The notes beneath the pieces are model-generated. The model worked only from the letters and a program-made list of their open reading frames with translations, was not told the DNA's origin and made no database searches. The position numbers and the translations under genes were made by a program. A DNA stretch of 64,000 nt from sequence record NC_061451.1. One strand, written 5' to 3'. Position 1 is the stretch's first letter; every line of letters starts with the position of its first letter. This document shows positions 19,134 to 28,090 of this stretch, one piece after another.

Positions 19134-19535
19134 ATGAGACCTGAAAACATTTCACGCACCTATCGCGTCGGTCAGTCTGACCTGGAGAAAGCACACAACG
19201 TCTGCGGAGAGAACAATGTAACACTCTCAGATGTGGTACGCAGATACATCGAAAGAATCGTACTGACTGAGGGTGAGTTCCTTATGAGCGAGCGTAAGCA
19301 CGTACCTGAGTCTCAACTGAATGTACGCCTGCCCTTTTACATTGCGCACTCCTTTGCATCTGTGTGTAAGTCTCGTGGTACGTTAGCCTCTAAAACCATT
19401 CTCAACTTTGTCAGGAATATTGCTCTTTCAGGTACTATCCCTGAGGAGTTAAAGTACGCCTCAGACACAGAGTTGCGTGCCTATATTACCTCCGAGCGCT
19501 CTCGCCTCGATGCACTGGAAGCAAAACTTAAATGA
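19134..19535 (+). CDS. tandem ribbon-helix-helix DNA-binding protein
   Basis: RTYRV...TLSDVVRRYIE and QLNVRLP...ASKTILNFVR. Confidence 0.6.
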   Translation: MRPENISRTYRVGQSDLEKAHNVCGENNVTLSDVVRRYIERIVLTEGEFLMSERKHVPESQLNVRLPFYIAHSFASVCKSRGTLASKTILNFVRNIALSGTIPEELKYASDTELRAYITSERSRLDALEAKLK

Positions 19536-20371
19536 TTCTAACTAGCCCCATTCGCTATCAGGGCAACAAGCGCACTCTGATGCCTCTTATTCTTGAACAT
19601 GCGCCTGTGAAGGATTGCGTTCGCATGATAGACGCATTCGGCGGTAGCGGTACTGTTGCGCTCAACATGCCTCACAAGTTTCGCATCTACAATGAATTGA
19701 GCACGCCTGTGTTTGAGATCGTCCAGTTGCTTGCGCATCAAGATCCGAAGAAAACGTTGGGTCAGATCAAGCGTATCGTCAAGCGTTTTTGTCTAACCAA
19801 TAGCAGCCAAGACAACTACGACATGTTCCGCGCGTATGTGCAGAAGAAGCCTAGCCCTCTTCACCATTACATCGCACACAGGCATGCACGCTCTAACATG
19901 CTGCGCTTCAACCAGAAAGGCATCTACAACGTGCCGTTCGGCGAGCGGGGCCTGATTGGCAAGTTCGATCAGCTCGAACAGGAGCTGGTGCAGTTCCACG
20001 AGCGTATGCAGAACACGCACATCACCAACATGCGCTACAACATGTTGCTCAAGTCTGTGTCAAAGCATATCGGACCTAACACGTTCATTTACTTTGACCC
20101 TCCGTATCTTGCTAGCGGTGCGATGCAATACGGTAAGTGGACTGAGCACAACGAACGCAACCTGCTGTCCGTACTTGAGTATCTGAATCGTCAAGGCTGC
20201 CCGTGGATGTTGAGCAACGTTCTCCAACATCGGCATCACACGAACGACCTGCTCAAACGCTGGCTAAAGAAACACGCAACGACTGTCATCTATCCTGACA
20301 AGTCTTATTCAATGGCCAACTCTCATTCCGATAGTCACAGCACTATCGAGATCCTGGCAATGAACTACTGA
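19532..20371 (+). CDS. dam: DNA adenine methyltransferase (Dam/D12 class)
   Basis: SPIRYQGNK, DAFGGSG, YFDPPY, WMLSN. Confidence 0.92.
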   Translation: MILTSPIRYQGNKRTLMPLILEHAPVKDCVRMIDAFGGSGTVALNMPHKFRIYNELSTPVFEIVQLLAHQDPKKTLGQIKRIVKRFCLTNSSQDNYDMFRAYVQKKPSPLHHYIAHRHARSNMLRFNQKGIYNVPFGERGLIGKFDQLEQELVQFHERMQNTHITNMRYNMLLKSVSKHIGPNTFIYFDPPYLASGAMQYGKWTEHNERNLLSVLEYLNRQGCPWMLSNVLQHRHHTNDLLKRWLKKHATTVIYPDKSYSMANSHSDSHSTIEILAMNY

Positions 20372-20378
20372 GGTGCAT

Positions 20379-20843
20379 ATGAACAAGATTGAAGAACTGC
20401 GCAGCCGTCTTGCTGCTGCATTGGGCTTTCGTGTTAAGTCTTTAAACGGTGCTGACCACTACGTTGACGGCGATGATGTTCTCGGCCTAGTCGAGCAGTG
20501 GCTGCCAGATGAGCCTCAGCACATCCTTGCAGTTATTGAGCGCTATGGGCTGAAAGTCGAACGTATGGTCAAAGAAGGCACTCGCCCTCGGCCCGGTGAA
20601 GAGCCTGTGTTCGTTTTCTGTGTGAGATCAAAGACTCTGGTGTACCGCAGCCTATCTGAGAGTAATCTCGCACGTAGTAGTCTGCCTTACGTATCAGGCA
20701 ACACCCTGACTGAGGCTGTTCTCCTGTGGGCTGTGTTACGTGCAGAGCGCATTGTTGCATATAAGGCCGACCCACTAATGTCTAGCGCCTACAACTTCGA
20801 CCGACTGGAAGAGCTGGTATACATAACGCGGTTTGGAGAATAA
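20379..20843 (+). CDS. hypothetical protein (NinX/DUF2591-like?)
   Basis: WLP...ILAVIERYGL...GNTLTEAV pattern. Confidence 0.6.
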   Translation: MNKIEELRSRLAAALGFRVKSLNGADHYVDGDDVLGLVEQWLPDEPQHILAVIERYGLKVERMVKEGTRPRPGEEPVFVFCVRSKTLVYRSLSESNLARSSLPYVSGNTLTEAVLLWAVLRAERIVAYKADPLMSSAYNFDRLEELVYITRFGE

Positions 20844-20844
20844 A

Positions 20845-21147
20845 ATGGAGGCACCAGAAGGTACTAACTTAAAGCTGTGGTCTATTGCGAAGCGTATGGA
20901 CAGAGTGCTTGAACATGTGGCAAGAGAAGCATGGTTCGTGTCCGGCGATCCAAAAGACACCTGCGGCGCTGTTGCGTGGGCGGGCAACTTTGATGATGAG
21001 TCTTTGATCGCGCATATTGAAATGCGTGCTGCCCAGATTGAAGAACGCCGTCGATACACAACACGTATCAGACAGGGCTCTACTGCCTATACGGTAGCGT
21101 TAGAGAATCATGCAGACGCTATCTATGCTAAGTATGGTCGAACATGA
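20845..21147 (+). CDS. hypothetical protein
   Basis: GGAGA RBS. Confidence 0.65.
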   Translation: MEAPEGTNLKLWSIAKRMDRVLEHVAREAWFVSGDPKDTCGAVAWAGNFDDESLIAHIEMRAAQIEERRRYTTRIRQGSTAYTVALENHADAIYAKYGRT

Positions 21148-21452
21148 TGGACATACTGAACGTCCTTGATACACGCATCATTCAATACGAAGATCTTGTC
21201 TATGCGTTAGGCCGTAAGTATCGCACGTCTCAAGGTCAATGGGGTGCGCTTGCCCCTTTCTCTCATGCAGGTCAAGCCCGTAAGATATTCATTTCACGAA
21301 CCCGTGCAGCCTATAGAAGTTTGCGTACATGGGCACAGGAGCCTATGAACATTGAAGTGGCTTACTATGAGATTCGCATATTGCTCAAGCATCCTATCGC
21401 GCAAGAAATAGAGCATCTGTCTGAATCTGTAAAGAAACCTAAAGCCATCTAA
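21144..21452 (+). CDS. hypothetical protein
   Basis: ATGA-coupled ORF. Confidence 0.6.
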   Translation: MMDILNVLDTRIIQYEDLVYALGRKYRTSQGQWGALAPFSHAGQARKIFISRTRAAYRSLRTWAQEPMNIEVAYYEIRILLKHPIAQEIEHLSESVKKPKAI

Positions 21453-21463
21453 TTGAGGTCAGT

Positions 21464-22186
21464 ATGGAATACACCTTAGAAGAACAACTCAAAGCCTTGT
21501 CTCAAATTCGTATCGATCAGATTCAGGCCTTTGATCATATCGCTCGTCTGGTGCTGAGAAGCATGGACCCAGTAGCTCACACAGAACAATGGCGGTCTCA
21601 TGTATGTGAAGCTATGGGTCTCGATTATTCATTGTGGCCATACTACAATGAACTGTCCAACTTCATGGTGAGTGGTATGCCTCCGTGCTTGGTTATGTTG
21701 CAGATAGCATGTACAACGTTTGTGGGTGCTGACGTGCGGGAGACAATAGCTCGCTTCTCCTCAGTTGATGCAGAGACTGCGCTCAATGCCATGGAGTTTG
21801 GCAACAAGTGGCGTGCAGACAATCAGCGAATCATCTACACAATGAAAGCCATTGATGATCTGCTTGTTTTGTATTCGTCGCTTGTGTCAGATGAAGATGC
21901 AGAGGCGGACGAAAGTCGTTGTATAGGATATCCTGGTATGCCTAATATGCATCCGTATCTGAACATGATCTTCCAGTTGATTGAAGATCATAATATGGTA
22001 ATTGATGGCCGTTGGCGCACACCTGCTGAGTGGTTCAATCAACCTAAGCGCGACTTTGCGCTGATGTACCCGCCGAATCTTTCTGAACAGCATAACGCTA
22101 TCATTAAAACGGAAGTTGGCACTATCTATCTCACCAAAGCGCCAAAGCGCGGTGATACCAACTCTAACCATTTACGCTCCGTCTGA
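21464..22186 (+). CDS. hypothetical protein
   Basis: GAGG RBS, 240 aa. Confidence 0.7.
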   Translation: MEYTLEEQLKALSQIRIDQIQAFDHIARLVLRSMDPVAHTEQWRSHVCEAMGLDYSLWPYYNELSNFMVSGMPPCLVMLQIACTTFVGADVRETIARFSSVDAETALNAMEFGNKWRADNQRIIYTMKAIDDLLVLYSSLVSDEDAEADESRCIGYPGMPNMHPYLNMIFQLIEDHNMVIDGRWRTPAEWFNQPKRDFALMYPPNLSEQHNAIIKTEVGTIYLTKAPKRGDTNSNHLRSV

Positions 22187-22193
22187 GGTCAGT

Positions 22194-22937
22194 ATGGAAC
22201 ACGAAGAAAACATTGCAGATCGTCCTGACGTTATCGTTAACGGTTTTCAGTTCAACGATGCTAACACGAAGCTGCTGGCGTATGCGCTTAATCTCCATCG
22301 TCTGGGTGCAAAGATTGGTCCTGAGTTTTGGACGCAACACATCATTAGCGATGTTGTAGAACAGTCCGATGACGGCTTCGACAAACTTGCAGGCGTAGAC
22401 GAACCTGCCCGTCCTATTACGTCTTCTGATTTGCTTATGCATCAACTGACTGTTGTGGGTCCTGTTATCACTCGCCGTGACTTCTGCCTGTTCGACAGCC
22501 TTGAGAAGTGCCGTAATGATGCTGCTATTGTTCTTGAAGCTCTGAGCAGAGGTCTGCTGCATATGCATGGCTCAATGATTGAGATCTGGGCAATCATTGC
22601 GGATAATCCAGTTAAAGTGTTGACTGAAAAGCAGATGACAAGCCTGGGTCGTGCTACGCTGCGTTATCTCACCAGTAGCGCTAAGCTGGACGAACAGGAC
22701 GAGCGGGTGTCTGTAGCTACGGTACATGCTGACTCTGAGCCTGTGCTGATTCATGTGCCTACAACGCCAGTCGATCAGTACGTGTTTAGCGGTAGCTGGA
22801 CGCATGTGTCTCATCTCGGTCCTCGCGCAGACAAGCTGCGTCTGTGGTATTACAACCACCAGCTCACGCGCTTCCGTATGCAGCAACTGCTGAACATCTT
22901 CCTCACTCTCGATTTCCCCGAAAAGTTTAAGGCCTGA
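22194..22937 (+). CDS. hypothetical protein
   Basis: GAGG RBS, start MEHEEN. Confidence 0.7.
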   Translation: MEHEENIADRPDVIVNGFQFNDANTKLLAYALNLHRLGAKIGPEFWTQHIISDVVEQSDDGFDKLAGVDEPARPITSSDLLMHQLTVVGPVITRRDFCLFDSLEKCRNDAAIVLEALSRGLLHMHGSMIEIWAIIADNPVKVLTEKQMTSLGRATLRYLTSSAKLDEQDERVSVATVHADSEPVLIHVPTTPVDQYVFSGSWTHVSHLGPRADKLRLWYYNHQLTRFRMQQLLNIFLTLDFPEKFKA

Positions 22938-22939
22938 TT

Positions 22940-23284
22940 ATGTCCATCGCGCTCGTTGTAGAAATGAATCATGTGGAACAGATTGACACTGGTTACGAGA
23001 ACAGTCCTATCTTTCGCATTCAGTACATCGCAGACAAATCGGTAGCTCCTGCTGATTATATCCGCGAAAAGCTCGTACCGAAAGCATTCCCGTTCGGTGT
23101 GGACAAAGCAGTAGTGCAAGGCCATGACTATATGGTGCTTACTGCTATCATCGACGGTACTGAGCACGATGTTTGTCCTGGCGATCTGCTTGTCTATCAC
23201 GTTGGTGGTCGTGTGACGTATATCGCAGGCGCCACCAAAGACTGTCTCGTAATCAACGGAGACGGAACAATTGTCATCAGTTAA
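22940..23284 (+). CDS. hypothetical protein
   Basis: 114 aa ORF. Confidence 0.65.
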   Translation: MSIALVVEMNHVEQIDTGYENSPIFRIQYIADKSVAPADYIREKLVPKAFPFGVDKAVVQGHDYMVLTAIIDGTEHDVCPGDLLVYHVGGRVTYIAGATKDCLVINGDGTIVIS

Positions 23285-23669
23285 TCAGTTACGTGATCAA
23301 TTGACCGAAGCTGAATACGCAGAACTTGAGCGCACTACAGCGCGGTCGATCATGGAACAAGTGTGGGCACTACGCGGCTGGACGGTAAAGCTCGACTGGT
23401 GCAACTATATGTGCGACGACGTTGATTGGTTATTCCATGGTAATGAGCGTAAAGCACCAGTTGATCACGCTATGCCGAATTCTGGTGTTGGCACTAGCAT
23501 TGAGCAGCATCGCCTTAATGTCGTGTTTACTCCTACTGAGGTTAGCGTTACGAACTCACTGGTAGACAGCCCTGTCACGGGCACTGGTATGTCACTGCGC
23601 TGTGCTTACTGCGCGTGGCTTTTAGAAATCGAAAAACAAAAGGCTGCCAATGCGCTGCAATCTGACTGA
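23271..23669 (+). CDS. hypothetical protein (NinX/DUF2591-like?)
   Basis: P....GTSIEQHRLNV...G.SLR.A pattern. Confidence 0.55.
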   Translation: MSSVNQLRDQLTEAEYAELERTTARSIMEQVWALRGWTVKLDWCNYMCDDVDWLFHGNERKAPVDHAMPNSGVGTSIEQHRLNVVFTPTEVSVTNSLVDSPVTGTGMSLRCAYCAWLLEIEKQKAANALQSD

Positions 23670-24165
23670 ACTGCCTATCAAACTCGATCAGGCTGAAAAC
23701 ATTATGGGCAGCGTGTTCGCGCTTGCTGCTGGCTCCAAGTCCAAACGCCGTGCTACTGCGGCAATGCTCATTCACTTCCATGAAGGCTACCCTACCATTA
23801 TCAGTAGTGGCGTCAATGGTACTGTGCCCGGTGAGAGCAACGTGTGTGAGAATGAAGACCTCACTCTGACGTTTGCGCACGTCACCCACGCAGAAGCTAA
23901 CTGCCTCAATCGCATGGACGAATACAGTCTGTGGCCAGAAGAAGAGGACATCCTGTTTTGTACTGACAGCCCATGTCCTGATTGTTTGCAGCAACTCGAA
24001 TCTGCTGGTGTGCAGACCATCATTTATGCGCGTGAATACAGACTCACAGAGCACCTGGATAAGTCTGCTATTCGCATGTATTGTCTCGATATTGAGAACG
24101 TGCGGGCGTCTTTGCTGAAATCTGTAAATCGTATAGACGAAGTGATTGCAACCATACCTACTTAA
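23650..24165 (+). CDS. dCMP deaminase
   Basis: SGVNG.PG, HAEAN, SPCPDC Zn motifs. Confidence 0.9.
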   Translation: MRCNLTELPIKLDQAENIMGSVFALAAGSKSKRRATAAMLIHFHEGYPTIISSGVNGTVPGESNVCENEDLTLTFAHVTHAEANCLNRMDEYSLWPEEEDILFCTDSPCPDCLQQLESAGVQTIIYAREYRLTEHLDKSAIRMYCLDIENVRASLLKSVNRIDEVIATIPT

Positions 24166-24182
24166 ATACCATAAGGATTGTC

Positions 24183-24863
24183 ATGATGGACAAGAATCTG
24201 ACTATTGAGTTTTTTGCTCCCCGTATCGAAGGAAAGACAGTGCATGTTGGACCTAAGCCTATCGATGCACCTTCCTGGGAAGAGCAAATGGCTACTGTGT
24301 CTGGTGAGCCTAATGCACAGATGCGCCAGCGTGCGTTTGATCGCTTGGATAAGGAATTCAAATTCACTATTCAAGACATTGCAGACTCTTTGGACTGTCG
24401 TGATAATCCTTCCAGTCCTACTGGTCGTATTCAAGACCCGTATCGTCCGCGTTTGCACAACATCAATCTTCGCCCAGAACAAGCCGCAGTGTTGCGTGAA
24501 GTAATGAGTCCGCCGCGTCATATGGGTGGCCTGCCTGTTGAGTTGATGCAGGGTACGGAGTCCTCTCTTAATGCACGCGCTCTCTTTGAGCATACCAAAG
24601 AGCATTTTCGTAAGGAAGGACCTATCGTTACGATTGATAGCATCCCTGTTGAGTTCACACAGAAAGGTGATGACAGTATCGTCATTGCAGAAGATAAGAT
24701 CGGCCAACAGGCGTGGGGGCGCACGCTTCGTATCGACTATGAATCACGTTCTGACTGGTCGATGAATCGCACCAATCGAGCTGCAACGCCTGCTAAAAGC
24801 CGCAGCAAACTTCGCGCAAAGGGTCGTGCTCAAAAGCAAGCACGCAAGCGCCAAAGAGGATAA
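24183..24863 (+). CDS. hypothetical protein with basic tail
   Basis: AAGGA RBS, 226 aa. Confidence 0.7.
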   Translation: MMDKNLTIEFFAPRIEGKTVHVGPKPIDAPSWEEQMATVSGEPNAQMRQRAFDRLDKEFKFTIQDIADSLDCRDNPSSPTGRIQDPYRPRLHNINLRPEQAAVLREVMSPPRHMGGLPVELMQGTESSLNARALFEHTKEHFRKEGPIVTIDSIPVEFTQKGDDSIVIAEDKIGQQAWGRTLRIDYESRSDWSMNRTNRAATPAKSRSKLRAKGRAQKQARKRQRG

Positions 24864-24868
24864 CAACA

Positions 24869-25366
24869 ATGAGCGACATTAATCAATTACGCCGCAACTG
24901 GTTACAGTCTATGGACGTGCCCGAAGAGCTGGTAGACAAAGTATGCGGCACTGACATTGAACAGCAAGACCTGTTTGAGCGTCTAAGCGCACAGCAACAA
25001 CGCAAAGTAACGATCGGCCTTGCGCTGCTCCATCTGCAAGTGCCTGATGAAATTCGTTTCGATTTGCTCACCAATCATCTGGACGAGACTGAACGTTTGG
25101 TCAAAGAGCAATTCGAAGAACTGGCAGCACGTCTCGTTAATCAAGTGACGCAGACGGGTTCACCGGAGAAGCAATCAATGACAGGCGGTGTTCGTTTAGC
25201 AATGCTGATGAACATCCTTGGCTTTGATGATACCACGCTGCACGGTATCATGTCGAACCCCAGCTTGATGCGTCAGGCGGGCCTTGTTGCTATGACTGGC
25301 CTTCAAGATATGGGACAGAAAATACAGCAACTTTACGACGGAAATAAAAGCAATGAGCCAAAATGA
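24869..25366 (+). CDS. hypothetical protein
   Basis: GAGGA RBS, 165 aa. Confidence 0.7.
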   Translation: MSDINQLRRNWLQSMDVPEELVDKVCGTDIEQQDLFERLSAQQQRKVTIGLALLHLQVPDEIRFDLLTNHLDETERLVKEQFEELAARLVNQVTQTGSPEKQSMTGGVRLAMLMNILGFDDTTLHGIMSNPSLMRQAGLVAMTGLQDMGQKIQQLYDGNKSNEPK

Positions 25367-25490
25367 ATTAGACGATTTCGACATTCCTGATCTGGACGAA
25401 GCTGAACAACGCGCAGAAGCTAAGCGTGATGGTGGCGGAGAAGTTGTCGAAGCATCTGATGAATGTGAAGGCGGCGCCTGCAAAATCTAA
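25353..25490 (+). CDS. 45-aa acidic peptide ending CEGGACKI (NrdA C-terminal tail mimic); not in ORF track
   Basis: MSQNELDDFDIPDLDEAEQRAEAKRDGGGEVVEASDECEGGACKI*; overlaps upstream stop and is followed by a terminator. Confidence 0.75.
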   Translation: MSQNELDDFDIPDLDEAEQRAEAKRDGGGEVVEASDECEGGACKI

Positions 25491-25493
25491 TTC

Positions 25494-25515
25494 ATGGGGC
25501 CTCGTGCCCCATTTC
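25494..25515 (+). terminator. intrinsic terminator
   Basis: ATGGGGC-CTCGT-GCCCCAT-TTC. Confidence 0.65.
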
Positions 25516-25534
25516 TGTTTCTCGGAGAGATGCT

Positions 25535-25990
25535 ATGTCTATTTTATATTCCAACCTTACGCCCAATGAGCGTGACAATTTTCGTGCGCATATTCACCAG
25601 TGGTATCAGTTGAGCACCCAGAAGTCTGCATATCTCGATCTGATGGATCGTGTTGATGAAATTCTCGGCAATATTGTCATGGAGTTTGCCAACATGCAGG
25701 TTGCGGACACTACTCAGATTCGCATCGACCTTGCCTTAGAAGAGTGGTCTGCTAAATATCCTAGATGCATTGCGTTTCGTGACCGTTCTGCCTTCTGGGT
25801 GAAGGTCTCATTCAAAGAGTGGTTGAATAGCACAACCCTATATGTGGAGCGTTCTCATTCATTGCGTGATCTGAGTGCAGGTACTTGTTATGGCGTTGAT
25901 GTGGTAGACACTCACGATTGGCCAGATAGTATTTTGGTCAAGACCTACCACGATATAGAACAACATAAAATGCGACGAGGTGCTCGCTGA
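25535..25990 (+). CDS. hypothetical protein
   Basis: GGAGA RBS. Confidence 0.7.
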   Translation: MSILYSNLTPNERDNFRAHIHQWYQLSTQKSAYLDLMDRVDEILGNIVMEFANMQVADTTQIRIDLALEEWSAKYPRCIAFRDRSAFWVKVSFKEWLNSTTLYVERSHSLRDLSAGTCYGVDVVDTHDWPDSILVKTYHDIEQHKMRRGAR

Positions 25991-26520
25991 TGGAGATCGG
26001 CTACCGCTGTGTCAACTGTCGCCACGTCTATCAAGACATTATCGGCAAGTGTGATTGCAACAACGACAAGTTCGTGTTCAAGCGCGTTGCGATCATTGAT
26101 GTTCCTGACGAGGAAGAAAAGATTCCTCAACTGAATGAGCTGCATCATTCGCGCGGCCCTCGTTTCGTCAACTACCGCAATGGCAGTTCTTGGAATGGCG
26201 TGTACGAGTATCAAGGCCTGCATGAGAACGGTCGTCCTCGCGTAGGCATTCTCGGTAATATGGGTAGCAGCTACGACCACGTAGAAATGTCTAAACAGTT
26301 CGGTGATCGTAATATGCAGTCTAACTGTGTGTTGGCTGCTGCTAGTCCTGAGTTGCTGGAAGTTGCCTACATGTGCTACAACTATTTCAATACGAAGCGC
26401 AAGGTGCAAGGCAACAGTCCTAAAACTGAAATGCGTATCAAACTAATCGCGCAGGCTATCCATGCTGCGACTGACCTCTCCGTCTACAAGGAACCGCAAG
26501 ATGCTCCAGTATCTAAGTGA
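25990..26520 (+). CDS. hypothetical protein with N-terminal Cys cluster
   Basis: CVNC...CDC, TGATG coupling. Confidence 0.65.
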   Translation: MEIGYRCVNCRHVYQDIIGKCDCNNDKFVFKRVAIIDVPDEEEKIPQLNELHHSRGPRFVNYRNGSSWNGVYEYQGLHENGRPRVGILGNMGSSYDHVEMSKQFGDRNMQSNCVLAAASPELLEVAYMCYNYFNTKRKVQGNSPKTEMRIKLIAQAIHAATDLSVYKEPQDAPVSK

Positions 26521-27142
26521 CCCGCATTTTATGACGCGCTTTCTGTGCGCTGTAATTCTGATTATCGTTGCTTATCTGATTTGGCAGAAATTGAAGATCA
26601 GACGCGCAGAGAGCATGAACAACTACCGCGCTTCGTTGGCGGTACGTGCCGGTGATTTCAATTTCGGGCGTTGCTGGCGTCATCGCAGTTCGGGCCGTGA
26701 TTACGTTATACTGTGGATGACCAACCTTACTGCTAACAAGCAGGGCTGGGAAGTTATGGTAACGTACACAAACAACCATCGCGATCTGTACACGCGTCCT
26801 GTGTCGCAGTTCTACGCTAAGTTCCGTCGTATGCCTGACTCTGATAGTGTGAAAGACCTGTCGCTGTCTGAGCTGCTTACTCTGGCTACAGCTAACTGTA
26901 AGATGCGCGTACCACTTGCGGGTGAGACGTGGGTTCGTGAAACCTCGTTGAATCTTAATGGCACGGAAGGTTCGTCCATCACAGAAGCCACAATCACTGA
27001 CGTGTTGGCGCTTGACACGTCTCGTCCTGTTGTCACGTATACTGTAAATGGTAAACACACAGCAATGCTGATGTATGTTTTCCTCGCTGATTTCAAACTA
27101 AAGGAAGTGCAACGTGAGCAACAACCAAAAGTTACCGCCTAA
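26501..27142 (+). CDS. membrane-anchored DUF1653-like protein
   Basis: N-terminal TM; WRHRSSGRDY.IL..TN...VTY...LYTRP.SQF..KF. Confidence 0.6.
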   Translation: MLQYLSDPHFMTRFLCAVILIIVAYLIWQKLKIRRAESMNNYRASLAVRAGDFNFGRCWRHRSSGRDYVILWMTNLTANKQGWEVMVTYTNNHRDLYTRPVSQFYAKFRRMPDSDSVKDLSLSELLTLATANCKMRVPLAGETWVRETSLNLNGTEGSSITEATITDVLALDTSRPVVTYTVNGKHTAMLMYVFLADFKLKEVQREQQPKVTA

Positions 27143-27470
27143 CGTTTTCAAATACGTGATGTTCTTGCTGGTCAAAGACGAGCGCACGAACAAAGATCGC
27201 ACGCATATCCCTATAATCTTCCCACGTCATATCATGCACAGTGATATGGGCGATGAGATGCGCGGCTATGCGATACATAACGGTTACGTGGAGAATCGTT
27301 ACCACCAGACAATGGAACCTGTTAGCGCAGGCTTTGTTGATCTCAACACACTGTCGTGCTTTGGTGAGTCTGAGTCTATGGAACTCAAGTCTCGTCCAGA
27401 AGAAGACAGCCTAATCCTTCGTGAGTATTTCAAAGATGATGGAAAACTTCCTGAAGTACCTGTGGAGTGA
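27114..27470 (+). CDS. hypothetical protein
   Basis: PIIFP...HS.M...PVSAGFV...CFGESESM.LKSRPEED phage-type pattern. Confidence 0.65.
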   Translation: MSNNQKLPPNVFKYVMFLLVKDERTNKDRTHIPIIFPRHIMHSDMGDEMRGYAIHNGYVENRYHQTMEPVSAGFVDLNTLSCFGESESMELKSRPEEDSLILREYFKDDGKLPEVPVE

Positions 27471-27774
27471 TGAGTTCTGGTCCTCTCCTGCTTCTGCGTT
27501 CGCACCCACTGTTGTAATCATCTCATGGTTTGTGTTCTGTGAGATTCGTGAACGCCGTGCGTTACGTGCAGCACAGCGCGTTGTAGCAAGTGGCTGGGAG
27601 CCTGTTGAACACGCCACGTATCAACACAAATGGCTGCCGTGGGTGAAGTGCTATGTCATGTTCTATACTGTCAGTCTGAACGATAAGTTCATGCCTGCTG
27701 TGTACGTGCTAAGAGGCAAGCATAGCTCTGAAATCCCCATGCACAAATTCCATTCTCGTTGGAGTTTAGTATGA
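27436..27774 (+). CDS. hypothetical membrane protein
   Basis: One TM segment. Confidence 0.55.
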   Translation: MMENFLKYLWSDEFWSSPASAFAPTVVIISWFVFCEIRERRALRAAQRVVASGWEPVEHATYQHKWLPWVKCYVMFYTVSLNDKFMPAVYVLRGKHSSEIPMHKFHSRWSLV

Positions 27775-28088
27775 CACCCCTTATTATGTTTGACGCACGA
27801 ACCATTCGCGTACTCAAGCAAAGTTTCGGTCAGGACAAACCTTTCGTTGTTGCTGGGCTGAACCCAATCGTTGGCAACAAAGGTGATCGTGTTACTCTCG
27901 CTAATGCCTGTAGCGTAGTCGCCATCCCTCGTGTGATGGGACTTGAAGTAGGTCAAGTGCTTTACGTAGGAACGGATGATGAAGTCTACGCATGGCCTTC
28001 TGATATGGTGATGGAATTTGCTTCTGTCTCTGATAACCAAACTCGGACCATTGCTTATGCATTGCGTCCAATACTCTCGGATGATTAA
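27771..28088 (+). CDS. hypothetical protein
   Basis: GGAG RBS. Confidence 0.6.
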   Translation: MTPLIMFDARTIRVLKQSFGQDKPFVVAGLNPIVGNKGDRVTLANACSVVAIPRVMGLEVGQVLYVGTDDEVYAWPSDMVMEFASVSDNQTRTIAYALRPILSDD

Positions 28089-28090
28089 AA

